This document shows positions 1-7,607 of a DNA stretch of 25,201 nucleotides, one piece after another. The translations under genes were made by a program, and so were the position numbers. Origin of the DNA: an uncultured Deinococcales bacterium (lineage in GTDB: Bacteria; Deinococcota; Deinococci; Deinococcales; JAAFIG01); the NCBI GenBank assembly GCA_964247135.1, contig CAXTTL010000012.1, positions 16,326-41,526 on the forward strand, read 5' to 3'. The notes under the pieces were generated by a model, which saw only the letters and a program-made list of their open reading frames with translations, made no database searches and had not been told where the DNA came from. How positions within the stretch are numbered: position 1 is the first letter of the stretch; the number at the start of each line of letters is the position of its first letter.

Positions 1-27
1 GAGTCTGAAGTTCTTTTTGGTTTGGGC

Positions 28-134
28 TGCCTCTACCGTTGGGCTACCCCACCGTTTTGGTGGTGGGAGCAGGAATCGAACCTGCACTTTGGCTTACGCC
101 GATTGAGTTTCAGTTTCAATCTGAGTTTGCACTC
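28..134 (-). ncRNA. Circularly permuted tRNA-like structured RNA (may extend beyond the window's left edge)
   Basis: Minus strand 5'->3': GAGT-GCAA-ACTC hairpin (134-123); GATTGA-9nt-TCAATC hairpin (121-101); GGC-GTAA-GCC hairpin (100-91); AAAGT; T arm GCAGG-TTCGATT-CCTGC (85-69); TCCCACC (68-62) + ACCA (61-58); linker AAAC; GGTGGGG (53-47, 7-bp pairing with 68-62); TA; D arm GCC-CAACGGTAGA-GGC (44-29); A. Confidence 0.8.
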
Positions 135-182
135 CACAGCCAATTTAACACCAAAAACTCGAGATCAGATGAGCCAAGAGGC

Positions 183-914
183 TTATCCGATCAAGAATTT
201 AAAGACAGCTTCGCCCACTTTTTGTTCACTGGTCTCGGCATTGTTGGCTTCTTCCCTGGCAAATTTCACGGCTTCTTGAAGTTTTTCCGCACGCTCGAGC
301 AACTCATTAACGCGTTTGGCTGGCATCGCGCCAGAGAATTTCACGGTGCGCCAGAATCCAACGGTCACGTCTTCGTAATACACCTCAACTTGCGCGGGGT
401 GCTTCTCGGTGGCTTCGGCTTTGACGTGGTTGCGCGGAATTTTCTTGGTGCGCAGGGTTTGCGTGGCTTCGGTGGCAAAGCAGTCCGCGCCCGCATCGAA
501 CACCCAAGTTTCAGAGGCATCCAAAGTCGGCAGTTTTTTAATGAACGTATGCACATCCACCAATTGCTTCTCGAGGAACAGCAAATACGTAATCGGAACG
601 TCTTTTAAAAGCACTTGACCGTCCACGATCACATCGGCTTTGGCGATGCAGTTTGCCCAGTCTTTGGTGGCGGTCACATCAAAAAGTTTGGTCATAATGC
701 TGGCGGTTTGGCGCACGATTTCGTCGGCTTTGATCTGGACTTTTGTCGCTTCTGGCGGCAATGTTTCGCCCTCCTCGTCTTTAGGGCGGTAGGTTCTCGA
801 GATGCCCGTCAGCAAACTTGGTTTTTGCAGCGCGTGATGGGCTTCGGTCAGTTCTTGGAAAGAGCGGCTTTTGACCCCTTTTTCGACGGCGATAATTTGA
901 TTGAGTTTAGCCAT
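183..914 (-). CDS. Conserved hypothetical protein, helical/coiled-coil rich (recalled as DUF7873-like; unverified)
   Basis: 243-aa ORF; GAAAGGA Shine-Dalgarno upstream of ATG; sequence MAKLNQIIAVEKGVKS...HPAQVEVYYEDV.VG.W.TVKFSGA resembles a family I recall from Actinobacteria and Cyanobacteria. Confidence 0.85.
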   Translation of the reverse strand: MAKLNQIIAVEKGVKSRSFQELTEAHHALQKPSLLTGISRTYRPKDEEGETLPPEATKVQIKADEIVRQTASIMTKLFDVTATKDWANCIAKADVIVDGQVLLKDVPITYLLFLEKQLVDVHTFIKKLPTLDASETWVFDAGADCFATEATQTLRTKKIPRNHVKAEATEKHPAQVEVYYEDVTVGFWRTVKFSGAMPAKRVNELLERAEKLQEAVKFAREEANNAETSEQKVGEAVFKFLIG

Positions 915-1025
915 GAGGTTTGATCCTTTCAGAATCGGTGATTGAGCTTGATTCTAAACGTTGCTCGAGTCTAAAAAATGCGCTTCTCGGCTTAAGCCAT
1001 TGCAACCCTGCGCTAAACTCGAGCC

Positions 1026-1595
1026 ATGAGTCCCACCACCCAAAAATGGGCGTGTTTTCACTGCCGTAAATCGTTTAAAAAACCGTACTTCACCATGCTC
1101 GAGTCGTATGTCTGCCCCGATTGCAAGCAGCCAATGACCATGATGGGAACCGCCTTTCGCGCTCCGAAAATGGACGATCTCGAGCAATGGAAAAAAGCTG
1201 AGGAACTGCTCGGGCATGGTTTTTCGTTTTACCCAAATGCGGGTGCAAGACCGAAACGCTTGGCGGACTTGCCCGAATTTCTGGCGAGCAAACGCAAACT
1301 TTCACCTGGGCAGCAGCTTCTTGAGCGATTCCAACAATCCTCCAAACCGACCCGCGCTCGAGATCAAGGGCGTTTAAAAGTCTTCTTGATGGAAGGGCGA
1401 CCCGTGATGACTTTGCTGGGACAGCGTTTAAATGGTTGGGAAACGCTCGAGTTTATGCACCAAGGAAGTTGGGTGAAAGGCATTCTTCGCGCCGCCGGTG
1501 TTGGCAATCGACCGACCGAACCGCGTTTCGAGCTGCCTAACGGTGCGCGGGTTTTTATCACGCCAAACATGACGGTTCGGTTTCCCAAATCTTAA
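1026..1595 (+). CDS. Hypothetical protein with N-terminal zinc ribbon
   Basis: CFHC...CPDC motif; -10 box TAAACT (1014-1019) 6 nt before ATG (leaderless layout). Confidence 0.75.
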   Translation: MSPTTQKWACFHCRKSFKKPYFTMLESYVCPDCKQPMTMMGTAFRAPKMDDLEQWKKAEELLGHGFSFYPNAGARPKRLADLPEFLASKRKLSPGQQLLERFQQSSKPTRARDQGRLKVFLMEGRPVMTLLGQRLNGWETLEFMHQGSWVKGILRAAGVGNRPTEPRFELPNGARVFITPNMTVRFPKS

Positions 1596-2341
1596 ATTCG
1601 GGCAAAGCACCAAATGCGCGGCGAATCGAATTCTGGTTCATTAAAATCAGGAAACTCGAGAAATTCGATAAAACCAAAACCAGCATTCAACAGTATCGGC
1701 TCGAGTTCACTTGGGTCGTAACCGCGTTCAAAATGCGTTTCGGTAAACTCGAGTTTGTCGGTTTTGCAGTGTGCATTGACCACGCCAAGCTCGAGCGCTG
1801 GGTCGTAATCGTGCGTCCAAGAGAAGTGAACATGCTCGGTTTCGGTGATGATTTCGCCTTCAAAACGGTCATCGTCCCAAAGTTCGCGCACGCCTTGACG
1901 GGTGTTGATGTCAAACGCCAACCAACCTCCTGGGAGGAGGTGTTTGGCAATATTCAAAAAAGTCTTCTCGAGGTCGTTCGCTTCGGTCAGGTTGTTGAGG
2001 CTGTCAAAAACGCAGGTGACCAGCTCGAATGTTTGATTCAACTCGAGTTCGGTAAATTTTTGCTGGAAAAATTTCACTTCTGGAAACTTGATTCGTGCCT
2101 GCTCGAGCATTTCCTTGGACATGTCCACGCCCACCACGCGATATCCACGCTCGAGGTACGGCGCACTGCTTGCGGCAGTGCCGCAAGCCAGATCGAGGAT
2201 TTTGACTTTTGAAGGCTCGAGGTCAACTCCAGCTTTTTCCAGATATTGCAAAACAAATCCTGCCCATTCGTCGTACTCGACATCGGCAAAAATCGTGTCG
2301 TACACTTTTGCCAGCAGCGAAAAAGGTTTGATGGTCGTCAC
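1592..2341 (-). CDS. Class I SAM-dependent methyltransferase
   Basis: ILDLACGT motif I, VVGVDMS motif II, CVFDSLN, LLPGGWLAFD; TAGGCT 6 nt before GTG. Confidence 0.9.
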   Translation of the reverse strand: MTTIKPFSLLAKVYDTIFADVEYDEWAGFVLQYLEKAGVDLEPSKVKILDLACGTAASSAPYLERGYRVVGVDMSKEMLEQARIKFPEVKFFQQKFTELELNQTFELVTCVFDSLNNLTEANDLEKTFLNIAKHLLPGGWLAFDINTRQGVRELWDDDRFEGEIITETEHVHFSWTHDYDPALELGVVNAHCKTDKLEFTETHFERGYDPSELEPILLNAGFGFIEFLEFPDFNEPEFDSPRIWCFARI

Positions 2342-2412
2342 GATTGAAGCCTATCACGGTAAACTAAAGAAAACTTTGAGCGGTAAAGCTCGAGACTCCC
2401 GAGGAAATATTG

Positions 2413-3543
2413 ATGAATCAAGAACTTGCAAAACTTTTTCAAACTCATTTTTTACAAGCCCCCAAACTCGATGTTCATGCCGCCGGACGGGTGAATTTGA
2501 TTGGTGAGCATACCGATTACAACGATGGTTTGGTGCTTCCAACGGCGATTCCGCAACAAGCCAGGTTGCAACTTTCCACACGCTCAAATTCCGATCAAAC
2601 CGTGCGCATTTTTTCGGTGCAAATGAATCAAATGCTCGAGTATCAATTGGGTACAGAATCTTCTGGTCATGGCTGGCTCGACTACCCGAAAGCCATCACT
2701 CACGCACTCAAGCTCGAGGGTTATGACATTGCTGGATTTGATGCCCTGATTTCGAGTGACGTGCCGCTCGGCAGCGGTTTATCCTCGAGCGCGGCGTTTT
2801 TGGTGGTCTTGCTGCGAGGCATTCGCGGTTTGTTCGATCTGAAAATAACCGATCTCGAGATTGCCAAACTCGCGCAACGTGCCGAAAATGGTCCGATTGT
2901 GGGCGCTCGTGTTGGATTGATGGATCAGATGGCTTGCAGTTTGGCGAATGTGGGCGAGGCATTGTTCATCGATTTCAAAACGACCCAGTTTGAACGTGTT
3001 CCCCTGCCAAAAAGCGCCGAACTGGTCATCATTCATTCGGGCATCACGCACAGCAACGCGCATGACAATGGCTCGAGGAATTACAAGACGCGCCGAGCCG
3101 AGTGTGAAAAAGCTTGCGAATTGTTGGGCATCAAAACCTTGCGCGACCTCGAGATTGGGGATTTAAAGCGAATCAATGCCCTGCCCAGTCCGTATTCAAA
3201 CCGAGCGCGGCACGTTGTCACCGAAAACGCTCGGGTGCTCGAGACGGTGACAGCCTTTAAAGCTGGTGATTTAACTCGAGTTGGAGAACTTTTTGGCGAG
3301 TCTCACGCGTCAATGCGCGACGATTACGACATGAGTGAACCCGAAATTGATTTGCTGGTCGAAATCGCTCGAGCGAATCCAAGCATTTACGGCGCAAGGC
3401 TGACGGGCGGCGGTTTTGGCGGCAGCATCGTGGCGCTCGCCAAACTTGGAGGGGGGAGAGCGGCGGGCGAAAAGATTGCGCTCGACTATCAACAGCGCAC
3501 TGGAATCACACCAAAATTATTAACGCCCGCTCAAGAATCTTGA
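2413..3543 (+). CDS. galK: Galactokinase
   Basis: GRVNLIGEHTDYNDG signature, PLGSGLSSSAA GHMP motif, GARLTGGGFGG; GAGG SD at 2401 favours ATG 2413. Confidence 0.95.
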   Translation: MNQELAKLFQTHFLQAPKLDVHAAGRVNLIGEHTDYNDGLVLPTAIPQQARLQLSTRSNSDQTVRIFSVQMNQMLEYQLGTESSGHGWLDYPKAITHALKLEGYDIAGFDALISSDVPLGSGLSSSAAFLVVLLRGIRGLFDLKITDLEIAKLAQRAENGPIVGARVGLMDQMACSLANVGEALFIDFKTTQFERVPLPKSAELVIIHSGITHSNAHDNGSRNYKTRRAECEKACELLGIKTLRDLEIGDLKRINALPSPYSNRARHVVTENARVLETVTAFKAGDLTRVGELFGESHASMRDDYDMSEPEIDLLVEIARANPSIYGARLTGGGFGGSIVALAKLGGGRAAGEKIALDYQQRTGITPKLLTPAQES

Positions 3544-3716
3544 TTTCGCCAGAGCCTGTAACCCCAATAGATGGCTGCCAACTTAAAAGCCAAATTGATT
3601 GGAAATGGAAAGCGATCCATCCAGAAAAACACGTCCACACTTAACCCGATCAGCGGCAACAAAATGGCGCCGACGCCGTAAATCATGATCCAAACGCCAA
3701 GTCGCTGTAACTTCAT
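3531..3716 (-). CDS. Small membrane protein (2 TM)
   Basis: 61 aa with two hydrophobic segments; GAGG SD upstream of ATG. Confidence 0.65.
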   Translation of the reverse strand: MKLQRLGVWIMIYGVGAILLPLIGLSVDVFFWMDRFPFPINLAFKLAAIYWGYRLWRNQDS

Positions 3717-3777
3717 GGCAACCTCAAATAAAAAGCTCGAGATCAGACGCGACCTCGAGCCTAAATTTAAATTTCAA

Positions 3778-4224
3778 TCAACGCAAATCTTGGCGCAACA
3801 ACGACACCACAGGCTCGAAACCGAGTTTGCGGGCGAGGGCGATACTGGCAAGGTTATCGGGGTGGGTTTTGACGGTGGTGGCGACCACGCCGCGTTTTCG
3901 GGCTTCGGTCAGACCAGCCTCGAGTAAACCCGTGGCAACGCCCTGCTTGCGGACTTCTTGTTCGACGTAATAGGCAACGCTCAATTCGGAGCCGTTGTCG
4001 TCGGGAGTCCACCAGGCAGACCCGACGATTCGTCCATCTTGGGTTGCCACATGGGCAAAGCCCTCTTCGGCGATGCGCTCGAGCACATTTTCAACCGCGA
4101 GGTCCAGCGTTGCGCCGCCCAGGGCGATCAAACGCGGGTACTCGTGGTACGCAGCTTCGATGGCTGACTTGAGGTAGGTTTCGTCTGAACTGCTGGCGAG
4201 GCGATATTCGATCACGCCCATCAT
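3778..4224 (-). CDS. GNAT family N-acetyltransferase
   Basis: VRKQGVATGLL acetyl-CoA motif A, N.ASIALARKLGF; AAAGGA SD before ATG 4224 (or 4221). Confidence 0.85.
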   Translation of the reverse strand: MMGVIEYRLASSSDETYLKSAIEAAYHEYPRLIALGGATLDLAVENVLERIAEEGFAHVATQDGRIVGSAWWTPDDNGSELSVAYYVEQEVRKQGVATGLLEAGLTEARKRGVVATTVKTHPDNLASIALARKLGFEPVVSLLRQDLR

Positions 4225-4270
4225 TGTATCCTTTTTCTGGCAGCGTGGTGATGATTTGGTCACAGCTTGA

Positions 4271-4618
4271 TTAAGCAGGTCTTAAGTCTTCTGATAAACT
4301 CCAACCCACGCTTGGATGGGTGGCGTTTAAAATCAGATTTAGCTCGTCTGAGGCAAGCAAAGCTCGAGACGCCATGACCGCATTTTCGACCCATTCGGGA
4401 AAAATCTCGAGCACGGTCAGTTGATAAAAGGATTGTGTTTCGGTGGGTGTGCCATTGTCAAAGAACGCCATCGGTGCAGGAATTCGATCCATCACGACTC
4501 GAGCACCCATTGGTAGACTGTCGGGCAGGCTTAATTCTGGTTTTTCCTTGGGTTGCCAAACGTAACCTTGCAGGAGTTTCATGGCGATGCTGCCGCCAGG
4601 ATGGTCTTCACGGGTCAT
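4271..4618 (-). CDS. DUF3208-like protein (Deinococcus-Thermus type)
   Basis: KLLQGYVW...P.AFF.NGTPT.TQ.FYQLT motif; ATGA overlap with the upstream gene's stop. Confidence 0.75.
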   Translation of the reverse strand: MTREDHPGGSIAMKLLQGYVWQPKEKPELSLPDSLPMGARVVMDRIPAPMAFFDNGTPTETQSFYQLTVLEIFPEWVENAVMASRALLASDELNLILNATHPSVGWSLSEDLRPA

Positions 4619-5268
4619 TTCAGCACCCCTCGAGCCAGCCAACTGGCGTAATTGGCATTTTGAACCGCCAAGTAAGCATTGGTGAAATCTTCGACCGTGC
4701 GTGCTGGTTTGTTGGCTTTGCCCGTCTCGAGGATTTTAGAGCGGTGCAGTTGAAAGACGTGATCGACTTCAGCCCCAGGGTCGGGCAACCAGATCAGCTT
4801 TTCACTCGGGTCGAGTTCGGTCAATACAGCGCTCGAGGTGACCACGCCAATTTTGCCGTTTTTTTCGGTTCTGAACAGCGTGAACAACTCGAGGTACGGC
4901 GCTGGTCCGGCGGCATCGCTTAAATACATCGCGGCGAAGGTGTCGGCTTGTTTGGTGTAAGCAAAGAAGTTTCGGTGGTACGGCATGTTGGCAAGGCGGA
5001 ATGCCCCAACTTGAGTACAACCGAGTTCGCTCAAAGCATCGCGCATGGCTTTGATGCGCTGCGCCGCCTGAAGGCTCGCGCCCAAATTATCCCAATCTTC
5101 TTCCACGGCTATCCGAAGCTCGAGTTTGTCTGGAAATTTGTCGGGCGCGAACACGGGTGTTCTCAAAAGTCTTGCGCCAGCCAAAACCGGAGCGGTGGTG
5201 ATGTCACCAGGCAGCATTCGTTTCAGTTCTCGAGCATTGAGTGCGGTCAGGTCAAGTCGGTAGGTCAT
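4615..5268 (-). CDS. Hypothetical protein
   Basis: 217-aa ORF heading a minus-strand gene run; TAATCT 5 nt before ATG. Confidence 0.75.
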   Translation of the reverse strand: MTYRLDLTALNARELKRMLPGDITTAPVLAGARLLRTPVFAPDKFPDKLELRIAVEEDWDNLGASLQAAQRIKAMRDALSELGCTQVGAFRLANMPYHRNFFAYTKQADTFAAMYLSDAAGPAPYLELFTLFRTEKNGKIGVVTSSAVLTELDPSEKLIWLPDPGAEVDHVFQLHRSKILETGKANKPARTVEDFTNAYLAVQNANYASWLARGVLK

Positions 5269-5357
5269 TCATCAGATTATGCCATGACCAGGAAAGCCGC
5301 TAGAGACTTGATGTCACGTTACAGTGATACGTCTTGTTTTCGCGTCAGACTGCAACG

Positions 5358-6293
5358 GTGAAGAAATTATTGCTGGCAATTGTGTTGCTTGGTTTTGTTT
5401 CGTGCGCCCCGATGGTGACTCGAGACGCACCTGACCCCGCCGAAACCGTTCCCGCCCCTCGAGTCCCTGGAATGACCGCCAGCGCCTTTTTCAGTCAAGC
5501 TGGAACGGAGCGGGTCTATTACGAAACGGGTGGTACAGGCTCGAGTGTCGTGTTTATTCATGGTATCGGTGGAGGAAACTCGAGTATGCAATGGCAGAAA
5601 AATGCCAAAGCCCTGACCGCAAGCCACAAGGTTTTTGTGCTCGATTTACCTGGTTTTGCCCGCAGTGGCGCAAGACCAATTTTGTACGACAGTACGGTTT
5701 ACGGAGCAGCAATCGAAAATTTTTTGAAAAACGTGGTTAAAGAACCCGCCGCGATTGTCTGCTCGAGTTTGGCTTGCGCTTACAGCACCAAAATTGCCGT
5801 CGAAAAACCTGAATTGATCTCGAAATTATTGCTGGTTTCGCCCACGGGTATTGATCGCTTGGTCAATCCGCCAAACCCTGGTTTTTACGATTCGCTGACC
5901 AATGGCGTTTTGGGTCCGGTACTCTACAACGTCTTAAAATCCTCGAGTGGTATCGGTTTTTTCTTGTACAACCAAGTCTATCTCGATTGGCGACTTGCGA
6001 ACGATGACATCATCAAGCTCTACCAAGGCAACCTCGAGGGGAGCGCCAAGGGTTATCCGGTTTTCGCGTTTATCTCGCAATTCGCCAATCTAAATATCAA
6101 AGACCTGTGGGGTCGTGTGACCCAACCAGCCCGCATTGTTTGGGGAACGGACGACGTCAACACACCCGTCAGTGGTGCGGCGGCGTTTCTCGAGTTGAAA
6201 AAAGTGCCGCTCGACATTCTCAAGGGACGTGCAATTCCAAATGACGAATCGCCGCAAGCATTTAACGCCTTGATGTTGGAATTCTTGAAGTAA
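5358..6293 (+). CDS. Alpha/beta hydrolase-fold lipoprotein
   Basis: Signal peptide KKLLLAIVLLGFVSC (lipobox-like), VFIHGIG, LDLPGFARS, IVWGTDD. Confidence 0.85.
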   Translation: MKKLLLAIVLLGFVSCAPMVTRDAPDPAETVPAPRVPGMTASAFFSQAGTERVYYETGGTGSSVVFIHGIGGGNSSMQWQKNAKALTASHKVFVLDLPGFARSGARPILYDSTVYGAAIENFLKNVVKEPAAIVCSSLACAYSTKIAVEKPELISKLLLVSPTGIDRLVNPPNPGFYDSLTNGVLGPVLYNVLKSSSGIGFFLYNQVYLDWRLANDDIIKLYQGNLEGSAKGYPVFAFISQFANLNIKDLWGRVTQPARIVWGTDDVNTPVSGAAAFLELKKVPLDILKGRAIPNDESPQAFNALMLEFLK

Positions 6294-6413
6294 AGTATTG
6301 TGCGTTCACCACGCTTCTCACGGACACGCGCAGGACTTTCTCATGTTTGTGTATTACATTACTTCTGAAGGCGATAGCCGCGAGCAACCGCCTCCATACA
6401 TCCCTCCCCCAGC

Positions 6414-6518
6414 CCCCGCAAGGGGGCAAAATTATTACTGTCCCCGCAAGGGGGCAAAATTATTACTATCCCCGCAAGGGGGCAAAATTATTACTATCCC
6501 CGCAAGGTGCAAAATTAT
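6414..6518. repeat. Tandem 28-bp repeat, ~3.7 copies, each with a CCCC-GCAA-GGGG hairpin
   Basis: CCCCGCAAGGGGGCAAAATTATTACT(G/A)T at 6414, 6442 and 6470; degenerate partial copy at 6498. Confidence 0.95.
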
Positions 6519-7603
6519 GGTTTGATGCGGTGCAACTCGAGCAACCCAGCGTCGATTTCGATGCCTTTCAGCGTCTCGAGCTTCAGCATTCCGTCCGTGA
6601 TTGTTGGAATTCGGTTCACAATATCGCGCTCGAGTTTCAAGAAAAAACTGAGTTCACAAGGGTGCGTGACCTCCGCTCGACTCGAGATGATCGCGGCGTG
6701 AACAGTGCCAAGTGTGGTGCTGGCTTGCGAACCAATCATGACGCCCTTTCCTGCCAAGTGCGCCAGTTGCAACATCTCGAGCGATTCGCTAAAACCATTT
6801 CGCGCGGTTTTGATGTTGAGAATATCGAAGGTATCAAAGTCCAATTCCCGCTCGAGGTCGGCGAAGGTAAAGCAAGAATCATCGGCAATGATCGGTAGAA
6901 TCTTAAGTTTTTTGAGTTCTGATCTGGCTCGAATTTGTCGAACGGGCAGTGGTTCTTCGACGTACATCAAACCAGCATCTCGCATCGCCTCGAGAATCTT
7001 TGGCGCCGATGCGACCTCGAGCGTTTCGTTGCTGTCGGCGTACAGGCGCACTCCCAAGTTTGAGAATTGTGTTTGAAGTTTGACAATCACTTCCAAATCC
7101 TTGGTGTAATTCCGTCCAACTTTAACCTTTAAAACCCGCACTCCAGCCTCGATCACACGCCGCGCTTCCTCGAGCATGGTGCTGGCATCCGAAATTCCTA
7201 AAATATACGAAACTGCAATGCTCGAGTTTGCGCCCGCAAGTGCCGCGAACAAATCCGAGCCGTTCGATTTGACTCGAGCATCCCAGAGCGCCATGTCGAG
7301 CGCACCTCTCAGAACATTGTTGTTCGGGACTGAAGCCAAAACATTTTTAATTGCAGCGCCATCATCAATCTCGAATTCAAGCCTGGGTTTTAAAAACCCG
7401 AGCATCCCGCTCATGCTCGAAATTGTCTCGCCGTAAATGGTTGGTCGCGGTGGCGCTTCGGCAATTCCGGTGACGCCATTCTCGAGCGTGACCTTCACCA
7501 GCGCGTGCTCGGCAACATTCATGCTCGAGAATTTGCCCCACGCCAAAGCCCCTTTTAACGGCAACCGAAATGGGATGATCTCGAGATTGATTATTTTTGG
7601 CAC
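6515..7603 (-). CDS. Enolase-superfamily protein, MLE/dipeptide epimerase subgroup
   Basis: LKVKVG (KxK), DSNE, EEP, DDS metal ligands, NIK; GTG at 7603 just after the upstream stop. Confidence 0.85.
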   Translation of the reverse strand: MPKIINLEIIPFRLPLKGALAWGKFSSMNVAEHALVKVTLENGVTGIAEAPPRPTIYGETISSMSGMLGFLKPRLEFEIDDGAAIKNVLASVPNNNVLRGALDMALWDARVKSNGSDLFAALAGANSSIAVSYILGISDASTMLEEARRVIEAGVRVLKVKVGRNYTKDLEVIVKLQTQFSNLGVRLYADSNETLEVASAPKILEAMRDAGLMYVEEPLPVRQIRARSELKKLKILPIIADDSCFTFADLERELDFDTFDILNIKTARNGFSESLEMLQLAHLAGKGVMIGSQASTTLGTVHAAIISSRAEVTHPCELSFFLKLERDIVNRIPTITDGMLKLETLKGIEIDAGLLELHRIKP

Positions 7604-7607
7604 GGTT

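Noticed and set aside
28-90. Ordinary tRNA gene, or two tandem tRNA genes
   Set aside because: The halves are in reverse order and pair with each other. No D arm or acceptor 5' strand precedes the T arm, and no anticodon arm follows the D arm (GCCCAAACCAAAAAG is unstructured).
28-134. Two-piece (permuted) tmRNA
   Set aside because: No G3-U70 alanine identity pair, and it has a paired D stem, which tmRNA lacks.
33-137. Small minus-strand ORF (V/M)ECKLRLKLKLNRRKPK...
   Set aside because: No SD, and it runs through the tRNA-like structure; probably a by-product of the hexamer periodicity.
22-608. Plus-strand ORFs 22-279 and 39-608
   Set aside because: Antisense shadows of the 183-914 gene and the ncRNA, with no recognisable motifs.
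6414-6518. CRISPR array
   Set aside because: The units are directly tandem with identical linkers, there are no unique spacers and no cas genes.
6298-6898. ORFs 6298-6525 and 6347-6898
   Set aside because: They are translations of the tandem repeat and of the antisense strand of the enolase-family gene.
6515-7603. Missing sugar-acid dehydratase of the LacI cluster
   Set aside because: Its motifs (KxK, DxN, NIK) fit the MLE/epimerase subgroup, and it lies in a separate operon behind its own promoter.
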